Of a stretch of DNA of 64,000 bases, positions 12,398 through 25,007 are shown one piece after another (position 1 is the stretch's first letter; each line of letters begins with the position of its first letter). This DNA comes from Lytechinus pictus (Eukaryota). Location of the stretch: the NCBI RefSeq assembly GCF_037042905.1, contig NC_087246.1, forward strand, positions 3,536,001 to 3,600,000, written 5' to 3'. A model generated the notes under the pieces. That model was not told where the DNA came from. It did not search any database and saw only the letters and a list, made by a program, of their open reading frames with translations. The translations under genes and the position numbers were made by a program.

Positions 12398-13689
12398 GGC
12401 TTAAGTCACAACTCAGAGCGGCGACCGACCGATTAGTAGCCTGCTCGGGCGCCGCTGGAAGTTCGGCGATGCCGAACAATTTTTGTCTCGACTGCATAGC
12501 AGAGCGAGACTAGAGGCGCCGCTTTTCCGACGGCAGCGGCATCATCAACATTGAAATCTTAACCAAGGTTAAGTTTTTGATATGTCATCATAACTTAGAA
12601 AGTATATGGACCTAGTTTATGAAATGTGGACATTAGGGTAATAGTGTATCACTGAAGATCCTGCCTGAGTTTCAGGTCACATGATTAAGGTCAAAGGTCA
12701 TTTAAAGGTCAACTGACCATGTTGGGGTTATTTGAGGAATTGTCATCATAACTTAAAAAGTTTATGGATCTAGTTCATGAAACTTGGACATAAGAACAAT
12801 CATGTATCCCTGAATATCATGTGCAAGTTTCAGGTCACATGACCAATGTCATTTAAAGGTCAATGAACTGTGGACGTGTTGGGAATATGTGTTGAATTGG
12901 CATCATAACTTAGAAAGTTTATGGATCTACATGTAGCTCATAAAACATTGACATAAGGGTAATCAAGTATGAATGATTGTTTAGCACATGTCTTAGGTCA
13001 CATGATCATGGTCTAAGGTCATTTTGGGTCAATGGACATATTTTATTATCATATTATTGTTTTCTTCTGTGAATAGTTATTCATTAGCTGTTTTCAAAGG
13101 AAGCACTGCTGCTATATCGAATTGCGTAGTGCAGGCGAGACTGCCAGAGGCGTTCCCCTTGTTGTAGAAGTTGAGCGAGCTGTAAAAATACTTAGCGGTG
13201 GCCGAGCAGTGCCCGGTTGATAACCCATTACTCAAGGCCAAATCTGGGTCAAATCGGGGAACTTATCTGTTTGGCGTCCAAGCAGTGATCGGCTGACGAC
13301 CCACCGAATCCCGGGCGGAGGCCACCGTCCTATTTTTAGGTAATCGCCCGTCCGATCTTGAATTTGCCGCGAGGTCATCGACCGATCTCTGACCGGCCGA
13401 TGACCGCTCGACAGCTGTTGATCCAACGAGTTCAATTTTCGACCCAAATAGTTAGACGGCAACCGCTCGATTACTTCTGCGCCCGGACTACAACCAACTG
13501 GGCGACGAGTGAAAAGTGAGCAGGCGCCGCCAGATTTTTAACTCCACGTTAAATCTTGAGCGGCGACCGAACGATGCCCCTAAAACCAGTGGTACCTGGA
13601 CGGCCAACAGTCGTTGCCCGGGCGAAATTGGCTAAAAACTCGCGGCACGGTCGATGAGCAGGCTAGATTTTGGAGTTGTGACCTTAGCC
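12398..13689. mobile_element. GC-rich MITE (PIF/Harbinger-like) interrupted by a Helentron-like element
   Basis: TIRs ggcttaagtcacaactc / gagttgtgaccttagcc; GC-rich body resumes after the 12484-13163 insert. Confidence 0.65.
12484..13163 (+). mobile_element. Full-length Helentron/DINE-like element (nested)
   Basis: tgtctcgactgcat...gcaggcgagactgccagaggcgttccccttgt; three internal repeats; inserted in a T run. Confidence 0.75.
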
Positions 13690-15416
13690 TTTTATACTAC
13701 AGACTGAGTGGCCAGTTACAATAATAAATATTCTTTTGTAATGGTAGTTACTTTTTGCTGCCACTGGTTGGATATTATGAGCAGACACATTGTTAAGTTT
13801 TATGGGGGAAAGCAAAATAAATGTTGCAATATTTAGTCATTATAATTTGGAATTGCTCGACTGGCCGCATGTGGCTGCAATACACATAACATCACAAAGA
13901 GATATATTCCTTCAAACTGATCTTCAATATTGTCTCACCTACATAGCAGAGAGAGACTACAGTGCGTATAAAAAAAAAGTTTACACTTGAAAGAAACATG
14001 TAAAATTATACATTTTTAATATCCTGAAGATTTTTCCACATTTTAACATTGGTACAGATCCATTTAAGCAAATGACGATATATGTCGAAAAATATTTCCG
14101 CTTGAGTGAGCACCACTTTTGAAAAGTTAGTGAAAAATTATTTGCGCAGAGGCCATCGTGACGATGTTTGCTTTACACTGAGCTCTGATTTACATGAAAT
14201 AGCTTAGGCTTGATTTTCATTTTGTTAATCATTGTCAAGCTTGGAAAAAGTGTGGAGAAACAAGTATTAAATGAAAAATGAAATGTAAACCCATTCATTT
14301 TTGTTCTCAGATCCAGCTGGCACAAAAAGGTTAAAGGTTGTGCTTTAATACTAAGTGTTGAAATTTCAATTTGGATGGCAAAATTGTTACAAAATACTTG
14401 AATGTATCCGTTTTTATTTAAATTGACTAAAAGTGCAAGGGAAATGTATGAGAAATGTTTCGCATAGTAAGTTTGATTTCGCCCTTCCCCTTGACACAGC
14501 ATGAAAACAAGCATTTCTGCGCAAACAGATTTCTGCGAGCTTTACGAAAATGGACAGTGCTCACTCAAGTGTAACATTCTGTCAAAACTTTTACTTTCAT
14601 TGGATAGATAAGATGAGACCCAAACCTAATTTTTCAACCTAAATCACTTTCCCGTTTCCCCTGAAGTTGGCGGCATCACAGATCGCCATCAAAGGCCACA
14701 GTGCACCTGTCTATTCTTTTGTACTTCTTAAGAAATTGGAAGGTACATGGATTAATTTGTATTTCGTTGTCACTCCATCCTCGTGTACATGCAATCGGCA
14801 TAGGCTAGAGTCAGCTTAATGGATGACACCATGTTGCCAGATCGGGCCTTGCTGCGACCAGGCTAACGCTCCAATGCCATTCATCCATAAACTATTTACT
14901 GTTGATAAAAACCTGTGTTAAATCTTTCCCAAAGTTTTGATTAATTAAGCGGTGGATGTTTTTCTGATAAATTATTTGCATGGTCCTGGAATTCTTTTGT
15001 CATTTTTATTTTAATCGCGATTCCATTCCAAACTCGGGTCATTTTTTATTTACCTGCGTTGTTTGTTTGCAGGCCCACATATAGTGATGCGCATAGGGAA
15101 TGAAGTGTTGTTTGGTCGATCAAACAGAATTAGACAAGATAATGAGAGAGAGGAGAAAGGGGCTGTTTGGAGGGGGTGGGAAAGTGGAGAAAGGGAGAGG
15201 GAGAGAAAGAGATTTCATTGAGAGGGGTGTGGAGATCATAACAATTGGATCATACGTGGCATCAGTAAACTTTTTTTCAAAGTATAGAAAGTGACAGGAA
15301 AACAGAAAAGGGATTTTAAAAAAGGGTCATAATTGATTGCAAGGTTAGTCCACCGCAACAAAAAGTTGATTTTAATAAAAAGAGAAAAATCCAAAAGCAT
15401 TACAAGTTTCACTTAA

Positions 15417-16000
15417 AGGTCAAGTCCACCCCAGACAATTGTTGATTTGAATCGATAGAGAAAAATCAAACAAGCATAATGCTGAAAATTTCATCAAAAT
15501 CTGATGTAAAATAAGAAAGTTATCACATTTTAAGTTTCGCTATTTTTACAAAATAGTTATATGCACAATTTAGTCACATGCAAATGAGAGAATCGATGAT
15601 GTCCCTCACTCACTATTTCTTTTGTTTTTTTATTGTTTGAACAATACAATATTTCATTTTTACAGATTTGACAATAAGGACCAACATGACTTTACCATAA
15701 AATGTTAAACAATGGTAATTCCACATGTCCAGGGAGAAATAAAACTGTTTCACAGGACAATGGGGAGAAAATTAGAATATTTCATATAATAAATAACAAA
15801 AGAGATAGTGAGTGCGTGATGTCATCAGTTCCCTCATTTACATACCGACCAGGATGTGCATATAACTGTTTTGTGAAATTAAGTGAAACTTAAAAATGTA
15901 ACTTATTTTACATCCGATTTTGATGAAATTTTCAATGTTATGCTTGTTGGATTTTTCTCTTTTTATTCAAATCAACTTTTTGTTGGGATGGACTTGTCCT
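15417..16000. mobile_element. Kolobok-like MITE, inverted relative to 7276-7873
   Basis: TTAA flanks; ends aggtcaagtccacccc / gggatggacttgtcct. Confidence 0.8.
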
Positions 16001-16273
16001 TTAATTTCACAAAACATTTTAATTTCTTGTGTTAATTTTCTTGTCTAGTTTTTCTTTTCTTCTTTGAAAACGGAGAGTTAAAAATATGAGGGCAAGAACC
16101 CAAAGATATGGGGTAGCTATCATGTTGGCGAGGGCGTGGCCCCATGCAGTGGCAGTTCAGGGTTAATGCCCCTATTTCTTCAACATTACATTAACAAGCA
16201 AAGTCAAAGGAGACATCATGCCACCGACAGCTGCTTCGTCAAGGGGAAGGAGGGGAGGTCAATTATTTTTATA

Positions 16274-17007
16274 CAGTCCGACCTCTCTTATCCGACACGT
16301 TGGGACCAGCACCAGTCCGGATAAGGGATTTATCCGGATCTGGGAGACCCAATATTAAATACATGCAGCTGCTGCCTCAATCCCCGCAATGGCGGTAGCT
16401 ACACGTTATCTATTGTAGTGGGCATACAGACAGTATTCACTGCAGTGTCAGTGTAAATTATAGGCGGTATTTTTACGGAAATGAAATCGAACGATGGCCA
16501 AAACTGTTGGATAATTTACCTGCTAAAATGATTGAGGTATAAATCAAGCATACCTCGAGAGAAAGAGAATGACTTGATGAAACTAAGTTTTACAATTAAA
16601 TCATCGCGGCGGGTGTCGCAGCTTCGCAATGTCAGCCATTGTTTACTGACTGTAGGCTCAAACATGATAGATGGTGCTGTCCGTATTGAGGCCTAGCTAT
16701 AGCTCGTGAGACATCCCGGAAACAAAAAGAGAACGTGATGAAATGATTGCACTGCGCCCCGATTTACTGGAAAATTATCCTGTTTAAGTTCTTTCGGTGA
16801 TTTGGGTGAGATATTTTTATGAAAAATAATGTTGTTTTAGGTAGACTATATTGGAAAATATATGTAATCAAAGTGAGTTTGCATATAGGATTGAGTTTAG
16901 ATTGCAATCTCATTTCTTCACGTACTCGATTGAATTGAAAGAGAGAAAAAATCTCGGCAAGTGTGCGTCCGGATAATAGAGAGATCCGGATAAGAGAGGT
17001 CGGACTG
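16274..17007. mobile_element. Tc1/mariner-pogo-like MITE
   Basis: Perfect 21-bp TIRs cagtccgacctctcttatccg, flanked by TA on both sides. Confidence 0.85.
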
Positions 17008-17011
17008 TATT

Positions 17012-17383
17012 TGTCTCGCTGCATAGCAGAGCGAGACTAAAGCCTTATAGGGCGCCGCTTTTCCGATGGCGGCGGCGTCAACGTTTACAACTTAACCAAG
17101 GTTAAGTTTTTAAAATCATTATAAAATGTCATCATAACTTAAAAAGTATATGGACCTATTTCATGAAACTTGGACATAAGGGTAATCAAGTATTACTGAA
17201 CATCCTGCCTGAGTTTCAGGTCACATGATCAAGGTCAAAGGTCATTTACATGTAGGGTCAATGAACTTAGACCATGTTGGGGGAATCAATATCAAAATCT
17301 TAACAAAGGTTAAGTTTTTGAAATGTTGTTATAACTTCGAAAGTATATGGACCTAGTTCATAACACTTAGACATAAGGGAAAT
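17012..17383 (+). mobile_element. Helentron/DINE-like 5' fragment, truncated by another element
   Basis: tgtctcgctgcatagcagagcgagac...ggcggcggcgtcaac followed by internal repeats. Confidence 0.7.
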
Positions 17384-19362
17384 AGGGCGATTCCACACTA
17401 GAATTTCAAAAATATAAATTTCAACATGCTTTCAATAAGTCATAAGTAGTGTAATATTTTACTATGATACCTAAATTTTATGAAAATTATGAGGTTTAAC
17501 CAATAGTGAAGTCAGATATAGTTTTTTTTGGGGGGAAACAATGGAATTTTCAATAATTTTGCTAATTAAATAGTCAAGTATAAACACTGCCTGAAACGAT
17601 TATTGGCAAAGCACGAGAAGATTGAAAATATTGCAGGTCAATGGAATAATGTATCATTGATGGTTCCAAATAATATCTACAACATTTTCATGATCCATAA
17701 TAGGGGCAGCCCTGATTTTTCCGAACCTATTTTTGGCAATGTCCCGTACGACACATGAAAATGCAAAAGTTTTTCCTACAATTTTTATTTTTGATGATGC
17801 AATTTCACAGTATCAGATTCTCTATCTTTGACCCATGGGTGATCGATTCATCCCATAAGGATCTAATTACTGCCTTTCATTTTTCAATAATTGTCCTATT
17901 AAAAGTTGTCCTGTACGACACACAATATATACTGCATTTAATTGCAGGATTTGGATTCAGAAACTATAAATAGTAGGCCTATTTTAATTTAATTTTAAGT
18001 AATTGATTTGACATAAAGTGAACTGAAAAAAGTACTTTTTTATCTCCATAGAACATGAAAGGTGATTCTTACCATTGTAATTGACTTCATGTAGGCGTAT
18101 TCTTTTGTGAATCCCTTCAGCTAAACTGGTGATTTTCACTGGTCAGAGCTGGTTAATTTATTTGTCCTTGAGCATGAAAAGAAAACTTTTATAATTGATT
18201 CACCCTAGCCTGGAAGATGACTTCCTCTTGCATGCTAATGTGAAATTATAAGATGTAAAAAAAAAAAAATTTACATATCAATCATCTATTTGGACTTCCC
18301 TTGATGATCACTAATTTTTTTTATATACAGTATTGAAACTCCTTAGTTTTTTCAAGTTGTAAAAATAATCTGGAAAATAAGACAAACCATGTTATTAAAA
18401 AAAAATCTGGAAAATAAAACAAACCATATGGCTTCATGAAATGCAGAAAGGTTTGAAAAAGTAGAATCGATTTCTTTATAAAAAAAATGACAGTTGTGAC
18501 ATATATCATGTATATATACATTTTATATGAAAAATCATAACATTTTTAGCGGCTATAATTTACACAAACAGTTTCATTCATTCATTGTTTAAATAGTGTA
18601 TTGGAAATCATCAATTAATTCACTAAAATATAACTTCACACAAAACCTCAAGTTTTTCAGCTCGTAAAAATGCTGTGAACCATTGTACATTTCCCATCAT
18701 GAAAAAAATGATAATATATTGCTCCCTATTGTATATATTGAGGCTACTTAATTATATTGTCCTGAATGACTACTTATTAAAAGCCTTTTTATTAAAAAGG
18801 AAGAATTTAGGGGCAATGCTTCCCTTCTGATTGATAAAAAGTTCATTGTTTTATTCAGGCTGTCCAGTACAACACGCAATTGCCTGTTCAACACACAAGT
18901 GTCCCGTATGACAAATTATTTTGTTTATGATATATTGACAGAAATATTCAGCCAATAGCTGTTTCTAACATTAGGAATGTATTTAGTTTGATAGGATTAT
19001 CATTATCATCAGCCAAATAAAGTGATTGAAGAAGTCAAAGAGACAAAGTAAGTAAGTTTGGCTTAAATTTAGAGATGTCCCGTACGACACATTTTGAGTG
19101 TCCCGCATGCCACAATGTTCTCGAAAATTGTAATTTGCTTTATTTATTCATGAATGTTTATTTTGCTTTCTTTCCTAGATGAGTTTGTTCTTGGGTAATT
19201 GAATATCAATTTGAGTTCAGTTTCTATGAAAATTATCTGTCCAACTCACAGACTTTAGAGTACAAACTTGAGGTTTCTAAAAAAGCCACTTTTTCTGCGT
19301 CCGTACGACACATTACTATTTTAAATCTGTATTATACAGGATGTGAATTCAAGTCATGTTAA

Positions 19363-20109
19363 CCCTAATTCTCCCGGGGGGGGGGGGCCATAATGCCCCC
19401 CCCCCTCGACAATTTTCGCGATATATCTGCTGCGCAAAATTTTTTGACCTCGCCGCTCACTGACTTTTTACTTTCAAGTCTCTCGCAAATTTTGAGACCA
19501 AATTTGTGACGCCCGGGTACGTGGTTACGACATTATGCAACATTATGTAAGTGCATGTCACACCCAAAATTGCTCATAAACGTGATTTCATGTACAAATC
19601 CAATGCAAATTGTGTATTTAGCCAAAATTCATAAATGTATCATTATTTCTACTTTTACTGATTAAACTTAATTAATTTTGGCTTGTTTATGATCAGAATT
19701 AAGTCTAGAACGATTTCCATTGAAAATACAATAAAAAAACAAAAAGTAAAAAAACATAGAAATACATAAGAAATTAAAAAAACAATAAAATACATAAGAA
19801 ATCAGTCTTGGTACCAGAATTTTTTTCATTCACAATTGTTAGGAATGCTATAAAGAATATTTTTACCAAAAAATAGCATTCTAGGAGCTTTATTTAGTGA
19901 ATCAGAGCAAAAAGTATGATTTCATAAATAAATTAGCATAATTAATTCATATGAAATATATGAATTCAGTGAAATTTACAAATGCAACTGCGCAAATTTT
20001 CGTCGTGATCGCGCAATCCGCGGCTGAGATTTTAAGGGGGGCCATAATGCCCCCCCCCCCCCCCCCCCCCGGGAATGACAAGAATCAAAATACCCCGGGA
20101 GATTTAGGG
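19363..20109. mobile_element. piggyBac-like MITE
   Basis: TTAA TSD; TIRs ccctaattctcccgggg / ccccgggagatttaggg. Confidence 0.85.
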
Positions 20110-20234
20110 TTAAGTCTTGGTTTTCCTAACACTCTGGTAGTATTTGATGATCACCTTTAGCGACTGGAATATATTTAATGCATTGGATGTTCATTGCTGC
20201 AACTTTATTACAACAGAGACATATCATACACACA

Positions 20235-20995
20235 TGTATGAAAATGTGAAATAATTAAGATTTCATGTCATAACATAAGAAAAAAGAAAGTGGGGACATT
20301 ATACATCATCAGCCCACCTAATGAATATTCATGATGACATGCACTAAACTGTTTTCACAAAATATTGCAAAAATTTTTAATGAAATTTTGCTCAATGAAT
20401 TTTAATTTATTTATTTAGATATTTTCAGCCCGGAGTACCCCTTTAAAGGGATGCTCCAGGCTGAGAATATTTATATCTCAATAAATAGAGTAAAATTCAC
20501 AGAGCAAAATGCTGACTATTTCATCAATACCAAATAACAAATAATGAAGTTATTCAATTTTAAAGTTTAGCATTATTTTGTGAAAACAGTTATGTGCAAG
20601 TTGTCATGAATATTCATTAGGTGGGCTGATGATGTCACATCCCCACATTCCTTTTTCTTATGTTATTACATGAAATCATAATTGTTTCATTTTTTCATAC
20701 ATGTGTAAATGATATGTCTCCATTATGGATGAAATAAGTTGCAGCTTTGAATAACTAATCCACTTAATCAGTTGTCAGTCCAATTGGTTTAGTTCTTGGT
20801 AGAAAATGTTTGCATGAACCTAATTTCATACATGATAAAATACAAAAGAACAAGTTGGGATATGACATAATCAGCGCTCCTACTGAATATTCATGAAGAC
20901 ATGCCTCGAACTGTTTCACCGGAATAATGCAATAATTTAATTGTAACTTTGTTACTTGTTATCTGATTTTGATCAAATTTTCAGCATTTTGCTCT
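20235..20995. mobile_element. Two Kolobok-like MITE pieces sharing one TTAA (20443-20446)
   Basis: cagcccggagtacccct-TTAA-agggatgctccaggctg junction; homology to 9834-10415. Confidence 0.65.
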
Positions 20996-21552
20996 GAATA
21001 TCAGCCTTGAGCATCCTTAAGTAACTATATGCAATATCTATATCCAAATGTACGGTAGGTCTACGTTGGTCTATACGCAACACTGCACCATTCCATGTGC
21101 AAGTCTCAAAAGGTGTTTTGAGAAACGGGCAATTTGGCATAATGTTGCGTAGGAGTGGGGAACAGTTGCGAAGGCTTGCGTTCTCTTGCTCTTTGCCAAG
21201 AGTAAGCAAACAAAATTAAACATGTTTAGTTTTTTTTGAGTTCCTCCCACATACCCATTTTGCATTCCTAAGTGTGTACATGTACTTGCGTAGACTTGTG
21301 TATGCAAAGCGAATGGCGGCGTAATGTTGTAATTACGCAACTCTATGCAAGTCCTGGTGTGAACTGTGAAAGCCCCTTCAGCTGCAATAGTCTCCTAAGA
21401 TAAATAATTTTGCAACCAATAAACTAATCAGTGCTTTCTTTAATTTTTCTCTAGACCAAACCTGGATATGTATGAATAAAAGTACTACTATATACTAAAA
21501 TATGTTTCCAAAATTAATGTATACTATTGATTTACTTGTTCTTAATCAATAG

Positions 21553-21690
21553 GGAGGGAGACTACCAACGATATCTAGCCGAGTTCTTGGTCACTGATCA
21601 ACGTAAGGAAGCTTCTGATGCAAGTTTAAAAGCATACAAAAGTGCTAGTGATATTGCAGGATCAGGTTTACCACCAACACATCCTATTAG
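21553..21690 (+). CDS. YWHAE: 14-3-3 epsilon-like exon (138 nt)
   Basis: aatag|G GAG GGA GAC...ATT AG|gtatta; [45 protein letters not shown](R). Confidence 0.95.
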
Positions 21691-22477
21691 GTATTACCAT
21701 CAATTGTGACTACAACTTCATGTCCATCTACTCTGATAATAGCCTACTCTTCTTCTTTTCAATATTTGGTCTTTTTTTTTAAATGCAGTACCGCAGGTAT
21801 TGGGGAAAATAATTTTTCTTAAAATTGCAATATACAGTGTCTCCCACAAAAAATGAAACCGGGATTTAGCGATGATTTATCATAACTTAATCACAAATAC
21901 AATGGACAAATGACCTATCATTGTAAAGCTTAGAGACTCCCCTTTCATCTGAAATCACTTCAGAGTATTCCTCATTCACGCATGAGTAGGCAAAAACAAT
22001 TTGAGGATTTGGAAAGGATTTAAAAAAAAAAAATTTGCCGGAGGGTATGAATATCAAAAAGAAAATAACACGCCTAAAAGTTCAATATCTGCTCTTTAAT
22101 TTGATACCTTAATCACAGAAAATGGTCAAGAAGTAAAAAACTTCTGTTCTTTTAAACAATGCTTGTATTTCCATAATTTCATTAAACAACACGTGTTTTT
22201 ACCGGTTTCCCACAGAAGCTATTGCACGATTAACAAAAGACGTAATGCATGGCTGATCGTCAACAAAACAGAGTAGCCTGTAAAACCTCTTCATTTATGA
22301 AATTATTGAAATTCAAGCCTTATTTCAAATAAACAGAATTAATTAACAAAATTATTTTTTTACTCTTAAAATTATGCTGCAGCAGAAAATAAGCAGACAG
22401 GAAGGAGAAACTAATTTCTTTTTCTTTTTTCAATTGCCTCCTTTCTCCAATATTCTTGACATTATTGTTGCTGACAG

Positions 22478-22677
22478 GTTGGGCCTGGCACTCAACTTCA
22501 GCGTGTTCTATTATGAGATCATGAATTCCCCCGACCGTGCCTGTCGCCTGGCCAAGAGTGCATTCGATGATGCCATCGCGGAGCTAGATGCTCTCAATGA
22601 GGATAGCTACAAGGATTCAACCCTGATAATGCAGCTCTTGAGGGACAACCTAACGCTATGGACTTCTGATCTTCCTA
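22478..22677 (+). CDS. YWHAE: 14-3-3 epsilon-like exon (200 nt)
   Basis: gacag|G TTG GGC...CCT A|gtaagt; [75 protein letters not shown] is epsilon-typical. Confidence 0.96.
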
Positions 22678-22851
22678 GTAAGTTGCATAGGACTACTCTT
22701 CTAGGGTGGTGGGCAAAGTCTAGGAATAATGATTGACAAAAATAATAAATTTAGAATAGAGGGTTGAATGGGATCCACCTAGACTGTTTATTGTACACTG
22801 TTTTAGAAAATCTGCCAACTGTCCCTATTTAATAGGAACAGTACCATTTTT

Positions 22852-23615
22852 AGCGCCATTTTTCCTACGGCGGCGTCTTCAACATTGAAATCTTAACCAA
22901 GGTTAAGTTTTTGAAATGTCATCATAACTTAAAAAGTATATGGACCTAGTTCATAAAACTTGAGACATTTAAGGGTAAAAGTGTATTACTGAAGATCCTG
23001 CCTGAATTTTTAGGTCACATGCAGGGTTCCCACAGTCATGGAAAATCCTAGAAATTCCTGGAAAAATCTGTGCTCATGGAAAGTCAGGGAATTTGGAAAA
23101 TTTGTGAAAAGTCATAGAATTGCATTTACCTCTTGGCTATGGCTGCTTTCCAGTTTGTCGTGTCTCGCAGTTCTCATACTCTGATCATAATCTGCTATTT
23201 TAATTGGTGTTCATGATTTCCATTTTTCCTAGTTTTGTGACATCCCAAATTTTACATGACTCCTGGGACATCACAGGAAGTCATAGAAAGCCGCAATTTA
23301 GTCATGGATAAGTCATGGAATTCTGATTTCAAATTTCTGTGGGAACCCTGACATGATGAAGGTCAAAGGTCACTTACGGTCAACGAACTTTGGCCATGTT
23401 GGGGTTATTTGAGGAATTGTCATCGTAACTTTAAAAAAAGTTTATGGATCTAGTTCATGAAACGTGGACATAGAGCAATCAAGTATCCTTGAACATCCTG
23501 TGCGAGTTTCAGGTCACATGACCAAGGTCAAAGGTAATTTAGAGTCAACAAACTTTGCTAATGTAGGGGGTATTTGTGAAATTGTCATCAAGACTGCCAG
23601 TGGCGTTCCACTTGT
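22852..23615 (+). mobile_element. Helentron/DINE-like element interrupted by a MITE
   Basis: cggcggcgtc...internal repeats...gactgccagtggcgttccacttgt. Confidence 0.7.
23022..23350. mobile_element. MITE with 5-bp TSD (hAT5-like)
   Basis: TIRs cagggttcccacag / ctgtgggaaccctg; TSD acatg at 23017-23021 and 23351-23355. Confidence 0.8.
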
Positions 23616-24049
23616 TTATGAAAGAGATAGACACTTCAGTCTCTGTGTTCGTGTTGCAGGAAATGCTGTTTGTCCATTTTCAGCCTGTCTTTCAATTTAT
23701 GGGATAAAGGGTTCCAGAAATATATGGTCATGCATGCAGTCCATATCAGGACTGTTTTTGTTGGTTTGTTCCAGACCAGTACAGTCATTTACTTTATGCC
23801 CAACCTTCACAAATTTTGTGACTATGCCACCGAGTAAAATTTTTGACTGCGTCGCTTGCTGACTTTTTACTTCCAGTCTTGCGCATCTGTTGAGACCAAA
23901 TTTGCAACACCTGGACACACGGTTCTAAAATTATGCAACATTGTGTAAGTGCCCATCAAGAGCTAAAATTGCTCCTCAGAAATTTGATTTTCTCATCCAT
24001 GGTTTTCTGCACTAAACCCAGTTAAGGTGAATGGGAGCTGAAACAAGTA

Positions 24050-24800
24050 CTGTAGAAAGTAGAAATTTTCACGGATTTCACAGCAAGATCGGCGGGCGCG
24101 AATTTATAAACACGCGAATTTATGAGCATGTATTTTAATGCAAGTTTGGAACCGCGGTTCAATTGCGTGTATCGTTTTGACAAAGAGATTGCATAATTTG
24201 ACCTATAGAGGGCGGCATTTAAGCAAGCAAGCTTGAGCTCCAAAATCATATGCATCGCGAGAATTTGTTCCAAAGCAATGCAATTTTTTTTTTAACAGTC
24301 GCAGATCGGTATTTAAATTATGATTTTGGTTGAAATTGAAATTGCTTTTACTGTTTGATTGGTGAGTGTTTAGATCTGTTTAGTTTTTAAGAAGACATTG
24401 GGTCGATCGCCCATGTTTGTTGATTGATCCCATGCACTTTGAATAGCCGTAATCCCCCCGGTCCTTACCCGGTGCTCGGCCATCCATACCAGGCCAGCAG
24501 CTAGCATCGCCTCTGTTTTGCCTTCCCCGATGTCTGCCCCGCAAAGAAAAGTTGCGCTAAATGTCACAAAAGCTCATGATTGGATCAAAACAATGCTGAA
24601 TTATGCAGCTTTAGAGCTAGAATTATCAGAAAATACAATTTTGTCGCTGAAATGTTAATTAAAACCATTGATCACAGATGGGCAAGAAGGAAGTGCCTTT
24701 GCTATTATGGAGTGTGCAGCGCGAATTAAAAAACCTGCGAATATGTTTTGAAGCCGCCAAGCGCAAAAAATTAATTCGCGAAAATAACAGCGTTTACAGT
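24050..24800. mobile_element. TA-flanked MITE (Tc1/mariner superfamily-like)
   Basis: ta-ctgtag...tttacag-ta ends with iterated cgcgaa subterminal motifs. Confidence 0.55.
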
Positions 24801-24939
24801 ATGCAACAACAGCTCAGCTAAAGCTAGGGTAATTATGTTGCATTATTATAGAGTGCTAGAGACTTCTGATTAATGTATGTGAGTAGTGGCTGTATAGGCA
24901 AGTATGTATACTATTATTATTTTTGTTTGTTCCTTACAG

Positions 24940-25007
24940 AGAATGATGGAACGGAGAAGCCAGACATAGAGGACCTTGAAGATACACAACAGCAGGAGGC
25001 ATCTTAA
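24940..25007 (+). CDS. YWHAE: 14-3-3 epsilon-like terminal coding exon (acidic tail)
   Basis: Polypyrimidine tract and ttacag|AG AAT GAT...TCT TAA; phase 1 gives (K)NDGTEKPDIEDLEDTQQQEAS*, an acidic C-terminus typical of 14-3-3. Confidence 0.85.

Noticed and set aside
12360..12400. Duplicated or mutually exclusive 14-3-3 exon (ttgcag|ATTGAAGAC)
   Set aside because: Only ~5 nt resemble the real exon start; there is no 14-3-3 similarity and an in-frame stop follows quickly.
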